A DNA stretch of 63,962 nucleotides, filler included. It is 6 parts of 6 records of this genome, joined end to end, with 100 filler letters (N's around TTAATTAATTAA, not from the genome) between each part and the next. Parts side by side here need not be neighbours in the genome. Positions count along the whole stretch, not along the records: positions 1 to 19,605 come from DRR723986_6234; positions 19,706 to 26,532 come from DRR723986_6239; 4 more parts are not named here. One strand, given 5' to 3'. The notes under the pieces were generated by a model that had not been told where the DNA came from, did not search any database, and saw only the letters and a list, made by a program, of their open reading frames with translations. This document shows positions 9,671-21,845 of this stretch, in pieces. The first letter of the stretch is position 1. The number at the start of each line of letters is the position of its first letter. The position numbers and the translations under genes were made by a program.

Positions 9671-10770
9671 CCAATATGGCCGCGATTGGCGCCAATTTGG
9701 CCGCGGTGCAGCAAGATATGATCGAGCAAAACGCAGGCCATCATCGCCTCGCCCACCGGCACGGCGCGGATCCCAACACAAGGGTCGTGCCGCCCCTTGG
9801 TGATAATCTCGGCCGCATCGCCCCCTTTGGTGATGGTTTGGCGCGGTCGCAAAATCGACGAGGTGGGTTTCACAGCAAAGCGCACCACCACATCTTGGCC
9901 GGTGGTGATACCGCCCAAAATACCGCCCGCATGGTTGCTGGAATAAACCGGCTGGCCATCATTGCCCATAAAGATTTCATCGGCATTTTCTTCGCCGGTC
10001 AGGGTGGCGGCATTCATGCCCTCGCCAATTTCAACGCCCTTGACGGCGTTGATCGACATCATCGCCGCGGCCAGATCGGTATCCATTTTGCCATAGATCG
10101 GCGCCCCCAGCCCGGCGGGCACGCCGCGCGCCACCACCTCGATCACGCCGCCCACCGAATTGCCGCTTTTGCGCAGCGCATCCAAATATTCGGCCCAGTG
10201 CTGTGCGGCCTGGGCATCGGGGCACCAAAATGGGTTTTGCCCAATTTCTGCAGCATCAAAGCGGGCGCGCGAAATGGCATGCGGGCCGATCTGCGTCATA
10301 TAGCCGGTAATCTGCAGCCCCGGCACCAATTGCGCCAAGGCCGCGCGCGCCAGCCCGCCCGCCGCCACACGCGCGGCTGTTTCGCGCGCAGACGAGCGGC
10401 CACCACCGCGATAATCGCGGATGCCGTATTTTTGCCAATAGGTAATATCGGCGTGGCCCGGGCGGAATTTTTCGGCAATATCGCCATAATCTTTTGATCG
10501 CTGATCGGTGTTTTCGATCATCAGCTGCACAGGCGTGCCCGTGGTTTGCCCCTCGAATACACCCGATAAAATCTTTACCGCATCCGGCTCGCGGCGCTGG
10601 GTGGTGTAGCGCGATTGCCCGGGCTTGCGCTGATCCAGCCAATGCTGCAGTGCGGCCTCGTCAATGGGCACGCCGGGCGGGCAGCCATCTACCGTTGCGC
10701 CCAACGCAGGCCCATGGCTTTCGCCCCAAGTGGTGACGCGGAATAGATGCCCAAAGCTGTTAAGCGACAT
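9667..10770 (-). CDS. aroC: Chorismate synthase
   Basis: MSLNSFG...[32 protein letters not shown] and GRHDPC; true start at 10770 (the listed 757-aa ORF is over-extended). Confidence 0.97.
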   Translation of the reverse strand: MSLNSFGHLFRVTTWGESHGPALGATVDGCPPGVPIDEAALQHWLDQRKPGQSRYTTQRREPDAVKILSGVFEGQTTGTPVQLMIENTDQRSKDYGDIAEKFRPGHADITYWQKYGIRDYRGGGRSSARETAARVAAGGLARAALAQLVPGLQITGYMTQIGPHAISRARFDAAEIGQNPFWCPDAQAAQHWAEYLDALRKSGNSVGGVIEVVARGVPAGLGAPIYGKMDTDLAAAMMSINAVKGVEIGEGMNAATLTGEENADEIFMGNDGQPVYSSNHAGGILGGITTGQDVVVRFAVKPTSSILRPRQTITKGGDAAEIITKGRHDPCVGIRAVPVGEAMMACVLLDHILLHRGQIGANRGHIG

Positions 10771-10890
10771 AGCTGCCCCCTGATATTGCCGCTTGGGGTT
10801 ACCCGATTGCGGCGGCGCGTGCAATCGCAGCCTGCTTGCCAAGGGCAGGCACCCATGCCAGTTTTCCCCCATCCAAAAAAGGATGATGCT

Positions 10891-11910
10891 ATGCGCCCCA
10901 CCCAAACCACGCCGCACAGAGCAGCCAGCGTGCCCCCCACTGCAGCCACCCAGCTGCCGCAACTGGGTGGCGCACGCAACCCCGGCACCGCGCTTGATAT
11001 GGCGTGGGTGCGCAGCGCGCAGGCCAATACCTCGGCGATCGAGCGGCGGGTGGCCAGCCTGCCGGGGCGGCGCAGCGTAAAGGGTGCCTATCAGGCCGCC
11101 TGGCTGGCGCGTGCGGTGTCTTGCATCGATCTGACAACGCTCTCGGGCGATGATACCGCCGATCGCGTGGCGCGCCTGTGTGCCAAAGCCCGCCAGCCCG
11201 TGCGCGCCGATATTTTGGCGCAGCTGGGCCTGCCGGGGCTGCAGGTGGGGGCGGTATGCGTTTATCACGAAATGGTGGCGCCTGCGGTGCGCGCGCTGGC
11301 GGGCAGCGGCATTCCGGTGGCGGCTGTATCCACGGGCTTTCCTGCCGGCCTGTCGCCCCTGCCCCTGCGCATCGCTGAAATCGAGGCCAGCGTGCAGGCG
11401 GGCGCCCAAGAGATCGACATCGTGATTTCGCGCCGCCATGTCTTGGGCGGCGATTGGGGTGCGCTTTATCAGGAAATGCGCAGCTTTCGCGCAGCCTGTG
11501 GCGGGGCGCATGTAAAGGCCATTTTGGCCACCGGCGAATTGGGCAGCCTGCGCAACGTGGCGCGGGCCAGTTTGGTATGTATGATGGCGGGGGCCGATTT
11601 CATCAAAACCTCGACAGGCAAAGAAAGCGTGAACGCCACATTGCCCGTAAGCCTGGTGATGCTGCGCGCCATCCGCGACTATTATCAGCGCACCGGCCAT
11701 AAGGTGGGCTACAAGCCCGCCGGCGGCATCGCAAAGGCCAAAGACGCGCTGAGCTATCTGGCGCTGGTGCACGACGAGCTGGGCACAGGCTGGCTGCACC
11801 CAGATCTGTTGCGCTTTGGCGCCTCTAGCTTGCTGGGCGATATCGAGCAGCAATTGGAACATCACGTAAGCGGCGCCTATTCGGCCCCCTGGCACCACCC
11901 CATGGGCTAG
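10891..11910 (+). CDS. deoC: Deoxyribose-phosphate aldolase
   Basis: [42 protein letters not shown] and RFGASSLL. Confidence 0.95.
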   Translation: MRPTQTTPHRAASVPPTAATQLPQLGGARNPGTALDMAWVRSAQANTSAIERRVASLPGRRSVKGAYQAAWLARAVSCIDLTTLSGDDTADRVARLCAKARQPVRADILAQLGLPGLQVGAVCVYHEMVAPAVRALAGSGIPVAAVSTGFPAGLSPLPLRIAEIEASVQAGAQEIDIVISRRHVLGGDWGALYQEMRSFRAACGGAHVKAILATGELGSLRNVARASLVCMMAGADFIKTSTGKESVNATLPVSLVMLRAIRDYYQRTGHKVGYKPAGGIAKAKDALSYLALVHDELGTGWLHPDLLRFGASSLLGDIEQQLEHHVSGAYSAPWHHPMG

Positions 11911-11943
11911 GCCCAGCCCTGAAAGGCAAAGCAAAGGCATATC

Positions 11944-14310
11944 ATGCGCATCTCAGAGATTTTCGAAACCATGGCCCTGGGCCCCGCCCCCGAAAGCGCA
12001 GCCGAGGCACAGGCCTGGCTGCAGCGCCACAGCGCGGGCTTTGGCCATTTTATCAACGGGCGTTTCACCCCGGCCCAGCCCGCCTTTGACAGCACAAACC
12101 CCGCAACCGGGGCCACGCTGGCACGGCTCAGCCACGCAGGCCAGCCCGAGATTGATGCCGCAGTGGCCGCCGCCGGGCGCGCACAAAGGCGCTGGGCGGC
12201 GCTGGGGGGGCATGGGCGCGCGCGCTATCTTTATGCTTTGGCGCGATTGGTGCAAAAACACGCGCGCCTTTTTGCGGTGCTCGAGGCGCTGGATAACGGC
12301 AAGCCGCTGCGCGAAACCCGCGATATCGATATTCCGCTGGTGCATCGTCATTTCTATCACCACGCAGGCCATGCCCAATTGCTGGACGCGCATTTCCCCG
12401 GCCAAGGCCCCTTGGGGGTATGTGCACAGATTATCCCGTGGAATTTTCCGCTGTTGATGCTGGCCTGGAAACTGGCGCCCGCCTTGGCTGCGGGCAATTG
12501 CGTTGTGCTGAAACCGGCCGAGCAAACACCGCTGACCGCCTTGTTATTTGCCCAGATCTGCCACGAGGCGGGCCTGCCCCGCGGTGTGGTGAATATCATC
12601 ACAGGCGATGGGGAAACCGGCGCCGCGCTGGCCGCCCACCCGGGCGTGCAAAAAGTGGCCTTTACCGGATCCACCGATGTGGGCCGCGCCATCCGCCGGG
12701 CCACCGCCGGGCAGGGCAAGGCGCTGACGCTAGAGCTGGGGGGAAAATCGGCCTATATCGTTTGCGAAGATGCCGATATCGACAGCGCCGTCGAGGGGCT
12801 GGTGGATGCGATCTGGATGAACCAAGGCCAGGTCTGCTGCGCAGGCGCGCGGCTGTTGGTGCAAGAAGGTATTGCAGAGCCCTTTTTGGCCCGGCTGCGC
12901 GCGCGCATGGCCAAGCTGCGCCTGGGCGACCCGCTGGATAAATGCATCGATATCGGGGCAATTGTCAGCGCCCAGCAGGCCCAGCGCATCGCGCAGATGC
13001 TGGCAACCGCCCCCGAGGGCAGTGTCTATCAGCCGGCCCAGCCCTCCCTGCCCGAGGGCGGGCATTTCGTGCCGCCCACGCTGGTGTGCAACCTGCCACA
13101 GGCCCACCCCCTGATGCAGGAAGAAATCTTTGGCCCGGTGCTGGTGGCCTGCAGCTTTCGCACCCATGCCGAGGCGATAGAGCTGGCCAACAACACCCGC
13201 TATGGGCTGGCCGCCACGATCTGGAGCGAAAATATCAACCTGGCCCTGGGGCTGGCGCCGCAGTTGGTGGCCGGCGTTGTCTGGATCAATTGCACCAATA
13301 TGTTCGATGCCGCAGCCCCGTTTGGCGGGCTGCGCGACAGCGGTTTTGGCCGTGAAGGCGGCCCCGAAGGCATGGCCGCCTATCTGGCCCCCTTGGCCAA
13401 GGGCCGGCCGGCAAAACCTGTGCCGGCCTTCGGCCCAAGGCAGGGCGCAGCGCCGGCCAGCGCGGGCCTGCCTGCGATTGATCAGACCCAAAAACTATAT
13501 ATCGGGGGCAAACAGGCCCGGCCCGACAGCGGGTATAGCCAGCCTGTTTACGGCGCCAAGGGGCAGCTGTTGGGCCATGCGCCCCAGGCCAACCGCAAAG
13601 ATCTGCGCAACGCGGTGCAGGCGGCGCAGGCGGCCCGGGGCTGGGCCAGCAGCAGCGGGCATGCGCGCGCACAGGTGCTGTATTATCTGGCAGAAAACCT
13701 GCAATCGCGCGCCGATGCGCTGGCCCATGCCTTGAATGACATGACCGGGCGCCGCGATGGCATGGCCGAGGTGGACACCAGCCTAGAGCGGCTATTCACC
13801 TATGCGGCCTGGGCCGATAAATACGATGGGCGTGTGGCCAATGTGCCCTTGCGCGGGCTGGCGCTGGCGCTGCGTGGGCCGGTGGGCGTGATCGGCGCGC
13901 TATGCCCTGATGATCTGCCCTTGCTGGGGCTGATATCGGTTTTGGGCCCCGCTTTGGCGATGGGAAACCGCGCTGTTGTGGTGGCCTCGCAGCCCTTTCC
14001 ACTGGTGGCAGGGCCAGTTTACCAGCTGCTGGAAACATCCGATATCCCGCCAGGCGTTGCCAATATCCTGACCGGCCAGCATGCCGAGCTGGCCCCGCAT
14101 ATGGCCCGCCACGCCGGCATTGATGCGGTCTGGGGGTTTAGCAACACCAACCTGTCGGCCGATATCGAAGCCGCCAGCGCCGATACGCTGAAACGCACAT
14201 GGGTGAATAATGGCCACAACCCCGATTGGTTTGGCCCCGCAGGCGCGGGGCGCGCGTTTTTAGACGCGGCAACCGAGGTGAAAACGGTTTGGGTGCCCTA
14301 TGGCGAATAG
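11944..14310 (+). CDS. Aldehyde dehydrogenase, ALDH16-type (full ALDH plus second degenerate Rossmann domain)
   Basis: [19 protein letters not shown], catalytic GQVCCAG and EEIFGP, followed by a second KLYIGGKQ domain of about 290 aa lacking the catalytic residues. Confidence 0.9.
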   Translation: MRISEIFETMALGPAPESAAEAQAWLQRHSAGFGHFINGRFTPAQPAFDSTNPATGATLARLSHAGQPEIDAAVAAAGRAQRRWAALGGHGRARYLYALARLVQKHARLFAVLEALDNGKPLRETRDIDIPLVHRHFYHHAGHAQLLDAHFPGQGPLGVCAQIIPWNFPLLMLAWKLAPALAAGNCVVLKPAEQTPLTALLFAQICHEAGLPRGVVNIITGDGETGAALAAHPGVQKVAFTGSTDVGRAIRRATAGQGKALTLELGGKSAYIVCEDADIDSAVEGLVDAIWMNQGQVCCAGARLLVQEGIAEPFLARLRARMAKLRLGDPLDKCIDIGAIVSAQQAQRIAQMLATAPEGSVYQPAQPSLPEGGHFVPPTLVCNLPQAHPLMQEEIFGPVLVACSFRTHAEAIELANNTRYGLAATIWSENINLALGLAPQLVAGVVWINCTNMFDAAAPFGGLRDSGFGREGGPEGMAAYLAPLAKGRPAKPVPAFGPRQGAAPASAGLPAIDQTQKLYIGGKQARPDSGYSQPVYGAKGQLLGHAPQANRKDLRNAVQAAQAARGWASSSGHARAQVLYYLAENLQSRADALAHALNDMTGRRDGMAEVDTSLERLFTYAAWADKYDGRVANVPLRGLALALRGPVGVIGALCPDDLPLLGLISVLGPALAMGNRAVVVASQPFPLVAGPVYQLLETSDIPPGVANILTGQHAELAPHMARHAGIDAVWGFSNTNLSADIEAASADTLKRTWVNNGHNPDWFGPAGAGRAFLDAATEVKTVWVPYGE

Positions 14311-14346
14311 GGCAGCCAGCGTTTTATTGGGCGTTCATTCGGGCGT

Positions 14347-15654
14347 TTAATTGCCCGCCAACCCCTGTGGCTGGCCCACGACGACAAATGTCAGCAGCGC
14401 AGGATCCATCAGGCGCCGCGCCACGCGGGCCACATCGGCCTGGGTGACGGCCTCGATACGGGCGTTGCGGGTGTTGACATAATCGCGATCAAAGCCTTGC
14501 AGCTGCATGCCCACGATGATCTTGGCAATCGGGCCATTGCCATCAAAGCGCAGCGGATAGGCGCCGGTAAGGTAGGTGATCGCGTCTTGCAATTCTTCGG
14601 CGCTGACCCCGTTTTCAGCAGCCTCGGCCCATTGCTGGCGGATCACATCAACCGCCTCGGCCACCCGATCGTTGGCCGACGACACCGACCCCTGCCAAAG
14701 ATCGGCATAATCTTTGTCGCCCAGATAGGTGTAGATGCCATAGGTCAGGCCACGCTTTTCGCGCACCTCGCTCATCAAGCGGCTTTCAAAACCGCCACCG
14801 CCCAGAATGTGGTTTAACACGAAAGCGGGAAAGAAATCGGGGTCATCCAACCCCAGCCCCGGCTGGCCAAACAAGACCACCGATTGCGGCGTGGGAAAAT
14901 CAACCACATGCACCCCGCCATCAAATGCCAAATCGGCAGGCCCGGGCAAGGTGGCCTGCCCTGTGGGCAGATCGCCCAAAAGCTGGTCAAGCAACAGCCC
15001 CAGTTCTTCGGCGGTGATATCGCCCGCGGCGCCCACAAACACACGGTTGCGCACCAACAGATTGCGATGCGCCTGCTGCAGATCAGCCCGCGACAGCGCC
15101 GCCACGCTGTCCACCGTGCCATCTACCGGCTGGCCATAGGGGTGGGTGGCGAATATGCGCGTATCAAAGGCGCGCCCTGCGATGGCGCGCGGGTCTTTCA
15201 GATCTGAACGCAGGTTCGACAGCATTTGCGCGCGCACCCGTTCGATCGCGTCATCATCAAACCGTGGCTGCACCAGCGATTGGCGCAGCAAATCTACCGC
15301 CGCATCGCGGTTTTCGCTAAGAAAGCGCGCAGACACGCTGATTGTGTCATCTGAGGCCCCATAGCTAAACGAGGTGGCCAGCCCCTCGGCTGCGCGGGCA
15401 AAGCCACGGGCATCCATATCGCCTGCCCCCTCTTCCAACAGCGCGGCCATCAGGCTGGCCACACCTTTCTTGCCCTCAGGATCCAGCACCGCGCCGCCGC
15501 GAAACCGCAGCTCGAGCGCGGTAAAGGGAATAGAATGATCCTCGACCAGCCACGCGGTGATACCGCCGGGCGATGTGACTTGCTTAATCTCGACGCCCGC
15601 GCGCGCAGGCAGGGCTGCAACCACCAAAATCAGCGCAAAAACAAAGCGAATCAT
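14347..15654 (-). CDS. M16 (pitrilysin-family) peptidase, non-catalytic subunit
   Basis: Signal peptide; SRLMSEVREKRGLTY motif; lacks HxxEH; coupled to the upstream subunit. Confidence 0.88.
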   Translation of the reverse strand: MIRFVFALILVVAALPARAGVEIKQVTSPGGITAWLVEDHSIPFTALELRFRGGAVLDPEGKKGVASLMAALLEEGAGDMDARGFARAAEGLATSFSYGASDDTISVSARFLSENRDAAVDLLRQSLVQPRFDDDAIERVRAQMLSNLRSDLKDPRAIAGRAFDTRIFATHPYGQPVDGTVDSVAALSRADLQQAHRNLLVRNRVFVGAAGDITAEELGLLLDQLLGDLPTGQATLPGPADLAFDGGVHVVDFPTPQSVVLFGQPGLGLDDPDFFPAFVLNHILGGGGFESRLMSEVREKRGLTYGIYTYLGDKDYADLWQGSVSSANDRVAEAVDVIRQQWAEAAENGVSAEELQDAITYLTGAYPLRFDGNGPIAKIIVGMQLQGFDRDYVNTRNARIEAVTQADVARVARRLMDPALLTFVVVGQPQGLAGN

Positions 15655-16982
15655 TGCGTTGCCTCCTCGGACATCAACCAACCAGTCACCGATTGCCGCC
15701 GATCCAGCACCGCCCGGGCGGCCGCCATCACATCATTGGCCGTCACCGCCTGCAGCACCTGGGGCCAGTCTTGCACATCGGCAATGGTTAGGCCCTGCGT
15801 CAGCGCCCGGCCATAGCGGTTTGCCAGCCGTTCCACATTGTCGCGGTCATAAATCTCGGCTGCCTTTACCTGCATTTTGATCCGCGCCAGCTGCGCCTCG
15901 TCCACACCGGTTTTCACAAAATCTGCCAAAACCGCATCCATCGCGTCTTCGGCCTGCTGCAAAGACACGCCCGGTGCGGGCACAACGACCAGATCAAAAC
16001 TGGTCTTGTCCAGCGCACCGCCACCGTAAAACGCCCCCGTATACACGGCGGTTTGGCTGTCAAATTGCAGCTTTTCCGCCATCACACTGGTGGTGCCACC
16101 GCCCAAAATCTCGGCCAGAATCGTCAGCGCTGCTGCGGTTTCTTGGGCGCCACTGTCGCGCTCGGGCGCCAGATACGACCGCGAGACATAGGGCTGGGCC
16201 ACGCGGGCATCGCGAAACACCAAGCGCCGCTCGGCTGTTTGGGGCGGCTCTTGTGGGCGTATGCGCGGCGGCAAATCGGGGTTCGCTGGCAGCGGGCCGT
16301 AATATTGCTGCGCCAGGTCGCGCACCTCTTGGGGGCGCACATCGCCTGCCACAATCAAAATGGCGTTGTTGGGGGCATAGTAGCGGTCGTAAAAGGCGCG
16401 TGCCTTCGGCTGATCCAGCGCCACCATTTCGTGGCGCCAGCCAATCACCGGCACGCCATAGCGGTGGTTTAGAAACAGCGCCGCGTTCTTTTGTTCCCGA
16501 AACAGCGACGAGGGGTCATTTTCCACCCGCTGGTTGCGTTCTTCGATGATCACATCGCGTTCGGTGGCCACGTCTGTTTCAGACAGACGCAGGTTGACCA
16601 TGCGATCGGCCTCCATCTTCATCATCAAGGGCAGGCGATCGGCGGCGATGCGCTGATAGTAGGCGGTGTAATCATAGCTGGTAAAGGCATTATCCGAGCC
16701 GCCATTGCGCGCAACCGTGGCCGATAATTCGCCCGGCGCCATGTTTTCCGTGCCTTTAAACAAGAGATGTTCCAAAAAATGCGCCACGCCCGAGGCGCCC
16801 GGCGGCTCGTCGGCGGAGCCGGCCCGATACCACACCATATGCACAACCACCGGCGCGCGGTGATCTTCGATCACCACCACATCCATACCGTTATCCAAAG
16901 TAAAGCTGCTTACCTGCGCGCCCGCGCGCAGCGGCAAGGCGATCAATAAAAGCGAAAAAACAGGTGCAAGATAGCGTAACAT
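15651..16982 (-). CDS. M16 peptidase, catalytic subunit
   Basis: GVAHFLEHLLFKGT inverted zinc motif, NAFTSYDYTAY, signal peptide. Confidence 0.92.
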   Translation of the reverse strand: MLRYLAPVFSLLLIALPLRAGAQVSSFTLDNGMDVVVIEDHRAPVVVHMVWYRAGSADEPPGASGVAHFLEHLLFKGTENMAPGELSATVARNGGSDNAFTSYDYTAYYQRIAADRLPLMMKMEADRMVNLRLSETDVATERDVIIEERNQRVENDPSSLFREQKNAALFLNHRYGVPVIGWRHEMVALDQPKARAFYDRYYAPNNAILIVAGDVRPQEVRDLAQQYYGPLPANPDLPPRIRPQEPPQTAERRLVFRDARVAQPYVSRSYLAPERDSGAQETAAALTILAEILGGGTTSVMAEKLQFDSQTAVYTGAFYGGGALDKTSFDLVVVPAPGVSLQQAEDAMDAVLADFVKTGVDEAQLARIKMQVKAAEIYDRDNVERLANRYGRALTQGLTIADVQDWPQVLQAVTANDVMAAARAVLDRRQSVTGWLMSEEATQ

Positions 16983-17081
16983 ATAAGCCCCAAAACCGTT
17001 TGGCATGGGCTATAGATACGGCAAATTCCCCCAGCGGCAAGGCGCCTGACGGGGATGTGAGCGCAGCGCGCGCTTTTGGCC

Positions 17082-17609
17082 CTAGTCGGTTTGGCCCGCG
17101 GGCGGCACCGAGGGGGTAGGCACGCCTTGGCGGCGGAACGCCTGATTGGCGGCCTCGGCATCCAGCGTCTGGCCGCTGTAGACCTCGTTATATTTGTTCT
17201 TGATGAAGATACGCAGCTTTTGGAACCGGCCCATGCGGCGGCGCAAATCTTCGTCCTCAGAGGCCAGGGTTTGGCGGATGGCTGCATCTTGGCCATTGCG
17301 CGCAGCGGTTTGCACCAAGGCGCGATCAGCGGGCGGCACCGATTGCGCGGCCATTGCACCGGGGCGGCCGCCTAGTTGTGCCACGGCATCGGCCAATGGG
17401 TTTTGATCGGTCAGGTTGGTGCCACCCGGTGTGGGGGTGGGCAGGGCAGTGAAATCTTTGGGCTGTTCCAGCGGCTTGCCGGGCACCACCAGAAATTCAT
17501 CTGGCCCATTGTTCATGCTGGACAGGTTGCGCAGCTGCGGCGCCTCGCGCGGGCCTGTGCAGGCGCCCAGCGCCAAAACTGCAACCATCGCCAAGGCAGG
17601 GTATTTCAT
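17082..17609 (-). CDS. DUF3035-like lipoprotein
   Basis: Lipobox LGAC, GPDEFLVVP.KPL motif; usual alphaproteobacterial position between lspA and the M16 pair. Confidence 0.75.
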   Translation of the reverse strand: MKYPALAMVAVLALGACTGPREAPQLRNLSSMNNGPDEFLVVPGKPLEQPKDFTALPTPTPGGTNLTDQNPLADAVAQLGGRPGAMAAQSVPPADRALVQTAARNGQDAAIRQTLASEDEDLRRRMGRFQKLRIFIKNKYNEVYSGQTLDAEAANQAFRRQGVPTPSVPPAGQTD

Positions 17610-17668
17610 GTGATCTGTCCCGCTTCTGTCATGAACGGCCCAAGCAATAGACCATTGCGCGCCCCGCG

Positions 17669-18151
17669 TCACGAGGCGTTTTTTGCACCCGGCGCCTCGC
17701 CGCCAAACAGCGCCAGCCCAAATGCACCAGCAAAAATGGTAATATCGGCCACGTTAAAGGCATAAGGGTTGGCGATGCCGCAGCACGACATATTCAAAAA
17801 ATCCGCCACCGCACCATAAATCAGCCGGTCGATCACATTGCCCAGCGCCCCTCCTAAAAGCAGGCCCGCCGCCACATGCCCGGGCCAGCCCATGGGCGTG
17901 CGGCGCAGCCACCACAGAACGCCTGCCATCACCACCAGCGCCACCGCAATCAACACCCAGCGCGCCAGATCCGCCTGCCCGGAAAACAGGCCGAAATTGA
18001 TGCCATCATTCCACGCCATGCGCAGGTTTAAAAACGGCGGCCACACGTCAATGGCCAAGACATTGCGCAGGTCCAGCACATGCACCACAAAGTATTTGCT
18101 GAATTGATCCAGCAAAAACGTGATCGCAGCCACCCACCAAACCAAACGCAT
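17669..18151 (-). CDS. lspA: Lipoprotein signal peptidase II
   Basis: DQFSK, WNDGINFG, GGALGNVIDR, GAVADF and AFNVAD. Confidence 0.95.
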   Translation of the reverse strand: MRLVWWVAAITFLLDQFSKYFVVHVLDLRNVLAIDVWPPFLNLRMAWNDGINFGLFSGQADLARWVLIAVALVVMAGVLWWLRRTPMGWPGHVAAGLLLGGALGNVIDRLIYGAVADFLNMSCCGIANPYAFNVADITIFAGAFGLALFGGEAPGAKNAS

Positions 18152-18197
18152 GCCTGACATCCTTTTGCAAACGGGCGCGCGCCCGGCGACCGCCGCC

Positions 18198-19605
18198 TTA
18201 GTGGCGGAAATGGCGCATTCCGGTAAAGACCATGGCCAGCCCTGCCGCGTCGGCGGCGGCGATCACCTCGTCATCGCGCATCGAGCCGCCGGGCTGGATC
18301 ACGCAGCTGGCGCCCGCCGCTGCCGCCTCGAGCAAGCCATCGGGAAAGGGGAAAAACGCATCCGACGCCACAGCCGAGCCAACCGCCGGGCTGGTGCCCA
18401 AGCCCAGCTCGGCCGCCATGCGCGCCGCCTTGAGCGCGGCGATATTGGCGCTGTCAACGCGGCTCATCTGGCCGGCACCAACGCCCACGGTGGCCCCGTC
18501 TTTTACATAGACGATGGCATTGGATTTCACATGTTTGGCCACTTTCCACGCAAACAGCAGGTCATGCATCTGCGCCTCGGTCGGGGCTTTTTTGGTGACA
18601 ACGCGCAGGTCTTGCAGGCCTAGGGTGCCGTTGTCTTTGTTTTGAAACAGATACCCGCCTGCAACCTGGCGGATGGTCATGCCACCCGCCGCGGCATTGG
18701 GCAGCGCATCGGTGGTCAGCAACCGCAGGTTTTTCTTGGCGGCAAAGATCTGGCGGGCCGCGTCGCTGGCGCCGGGCGCGATAACCACCTCGGTAAAGAT
18801 CTGGGTGATTTCCTGCGCGGTTTCCTCGTCTAGCGGCTGGTTCAGCGCCACTATCCCCCCAAAGGCCGAGGTGCGATCGCAATCAAACGCCGCGCGATAG
18901 GCCTGCAGCAGGCTGGTGCCGCGCGCCACGCCACAGGGGTTGGCATGTTTGATGATGGCGCAGGCCGGGCCATCGGCCGGGTCAAACTCGGCCACCAGTT
19001 CAAATGCGGCATCGGTATCGTTGATGTTGTTATAAGACAGCTCTTTGCCCTGATGCTGCCGGGCCGTGGCCACGCCGGCACGCGCGCTGCCATCGACATA
19101 GAACGCAGCCTGTTGATGGGGGTTTTCCCCATAGCGCAGGGTTTGCGCCAGCTGGCCTGCCACCACCCGGCGGCGCGGTGCAACCTCGCCAATGGCATCG
19201 GCCATCCAGCTGCTGACGGCGGCATCATAGGCGCCGGTGCGCGCATAGGCGATCTGGGCCAAACGCTGACGAAAGCCAAAGCTGGTTTGGCCATCGTGCT
19301 GTGCCATCTCGTCGAGCAGGGGTTGATAATCTTCGACATCAACCACCACGTTCACGAACGCATGGTTTTTGGCAGCCGCGCGGATCATCGCCGGGCCACC
19401 GATATCGATATTCTCGATCATCTCATCATAAGCCGCGCCCCGCGCCAGCGCCGCCTCGAACGGGTAGAGATTGACAACCAACAGATCAATCGCGCCGATG
19501 CCGTGCTGCTCCATCGCCTGTTGATGGGCCGCATCATCGCGCAGCGCCAGCAAGCCGCCGTGCACATTGGGGTGCAGGGTTTTCACCCGGCCATCCATCA
19601 TTTCA
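18198..19605 (-). CDS. purH: Bifunctional AICAR transformylase/IMP cyclohydrolase (5' end cut by contig break)
   Basis: [37 protein letters not shown] and TGMRHFRH end. Confidence 0.97.
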
Positions 19606-19705
19606 NNNNNNNNNNNNNNNNNNNNNNNNNNNNNNNNNNNNNNNNNNNNTTAATTAATTAANNNNNNNNNNNNNNNNNNNNNNNNNNNNNNNNNNNNNNN
19701 NNNNN
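19606..19705. other. Artificial contig linker
   Basis: 44 N + TTAATTAATTAA (stops in all six frames) + 44 N. Confidence 0.99.
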
Positions 19706-21845
19706 CGTCGCCGTCCTTGCCGTAGGGTTTGCCGCCGGGACGGTCGCCGGTCTTGCGGAACGGCCGGTCGCCGTCCTCGCGCTTGGCGAAGGGCTTGCCG
19801 TCACGCTTGCCCGCCGGACGGTCGCCATCCTTGCGGAAGGGCTTGTCGCCGTCCTTGCGGAACGGTTTGTCGCCATCTTTGCGGAACGGTTTGTCGCCGT
19901 CCTTCCGGAACGGTTTGTCACCATCCTTGCGGAAGGGGCGGTCGCCGTCTTCGCGTTTGGCGTAGGGCTTCCTGGCCGGCCTGTCGCCGCTGTCCTCGCG
20001 GCGGGGGGCGGGGCGGTCGGGGCGGCCCGAGGGGCGGCTGTCGTCGGCGCCGGACCAGACCGGCTTCGTGGCGGCCCCCTCCGGCGTACCGGCGGCATCC
20101 TCGCGCGGCTCGCGCGGCTCGCGGTGCGGGCGGGCGGGGCGGTCCTCGCGGGGCGCACGCTCGGGGCGGGGGCCCCGGTCAGGGCGCGGGCCGCGATCCG
20201 GACGCTGGCCACGGGGGCCGCCGTCGCGCGGACCGCGCGGACCGCTGTCGCGGGGCTTGCGCTGGGGCAGGTCGGGCGCCCCGTCGAGCAGGCGGGCGGA
20301 GACCTCGTCCTCCAGCGTGCCATCGGGGCCGAGGCTGGCCATGAAGCTGTCGACCACCGGCTCGGAGAGTTCCACGAAGGTCTCGCTGTCGGTCACGCGG
20401 ATCGCGCCGATGGCGTTCTTGTCGAGGTTGCCCGCGCGGCAGAGCAAGGGCAGCAGCCAGCGCGCCTCGGCGCGGTTGTCGCGGCCCACCGTCAGAGAGA
20501 TCCAGCGGCTGGGGCCGAAATCGCGCGGCTCCTTCTTGGGGCCGCGGTCGTCGGGGGCGCGCAGTTCCTCGGGCGCGGCGTGGTTCTGTTCGTGCAGGCG
20601 CAGGAAGGCGGTGGCCACGGCGGCGGGGCCGAAGGCTTCGAGCAGGCGCTCGCCAAGGGCGGCCTGTTCCTCGGTCGCGCCCTGGTTCCAGGCCGGATCG
20701 GCCATCAGCCGGGCCTCGTCGGCCTCGCGGATCGCGGCGGGCGAGGGGGCTTCGATCCAGTCGGCCCCGATCTTGGCCCATTTCAGCAGGCGCGTGGCCT
20801 TGCCCATGACCTTGGGCGTCACCATCAGGATTGAGATGCCCTTGCGGCCCGCGCGCCCCGTCCGGCCCGAGCGGTGCAGCAGGCTTTCGGTGTTCATCGG
20901 CAGGTCGGCGTGGATCACGAGGCTGAGGTTCGGCAGGTCGATGCCGCGCGCCGCCACATCGGTGGCGACGCAAACCCGCGCGCGCCCGTCGCGCATCGCC
21001 TGCAGCGCGTGGGTGCGTTCCGCCTGGCTGAGTTCGCCGGACAGGCTGACGGCGGCCAGGCCGCGGTTCGCCAGCCGCGCGGCAAGGTGGTTCACCTGCG
21101 CCCGGGTGTTGGCGAAGACGATGGCGTTGCCGTCATGGTGAAAGCGCAGGAGGTTGAAGATCGCCGGTTCGACGTCCTGCTGCGCCACGCGCATCGCCTG
21201 ATAGGTGATGTCGCTGTGCTGCTCGCGGGTGTCGATGGTGCTGATGCGCTGGGCGTCGCGCTGGAAGGTCTGGGCCAGCTTGAGGATGGTCGGCGGCACG
21301 GTGGCCGAGAACAGCAGCGTGCGGCGCGTCTCGGGCGCTTCGCCGAGGATGAACTCGAGGTCCTCGCGGAAGCCGAGGTCGAGCATCTCGTCCGCCTCGT
21401 CCAGCACCACGGCGCGCAGGCCCGAAAGGTCGAGCGCGCCGCGCTCGATGTGGTCACGCAGGCGGCCCGGGGTGCCGACGACGATATGCGCCCCGCGTTC
21501 CAGCGCGCGGCGCTCGGTGCGGGCGTCCATGCCGCCGATGCAGGAGGTCACCAACGCGCGGGTCTGGCCGTAGAGCCACATCAGCTCCTGCCGCACCTGA
21601 ACGGCGAGTTCGCGGGTGGGGGCGATGACCAGCGCCAGCGGCTCGGCGGCGGGGCCGAAGTGGTTGGCCTCTCCCAGCAGGGTCGGCGCGATGGCGAGGC
21701 CGAAGCCCACGGTCTTGCCCGATCCGGTCTGGGCCGAGACCAGCAGGTCGGCCTCTGCCAGTTCAGGGGCGATGACGGCCTCCTGCACGGGGGTGAGGGA
21801 GTCGTAGCCACGCTCGGACAGCGCTGCGGAAAGGGGAGGAAGCAT
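19706..21845 (-). CDS. deaD: DEAD-box RNA helicase with DbpA-type RNA-binding domain and charged repetitive tail (3' end cut)
   Basis: Q motif, AQTGSGKT, PTRELA, LDEADEML, FSAT, TDVAARGID, HRSGRTGRAG, and a C-terminal IGAIRV RNA-binding domain. Confidence 0.9.
19821..19940 (-). repeat. Five tandem 24-bp units encoding (K/R)PFRKDGD in the helicase tail
   Basis: Units start at 19821, 19845, 19869, 19893 and 19917; differences are mostly synonymous. Confidence 0.9.

Noticed and set aside
9667-11940. 757-aa ORF as an extended AroC overlapping deoC
   Set aside because: The N-terminal part is the antisense shadow of deoC; AroC homology begins at MSLNSFG (10770).
19650-19661. Recurrent TTAATTAATTAA palindrome (five copies in the window)
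   Set aside because: Always centred in N-runs of identical length; a synthetic six-frame-stop linker, not biology.
19821-19940. 24-bp periodic repeats as a possible CRISPR array
   Set aside because: No unique spacers, in-frame within the helicase, synonymous variation, and no cas genes.
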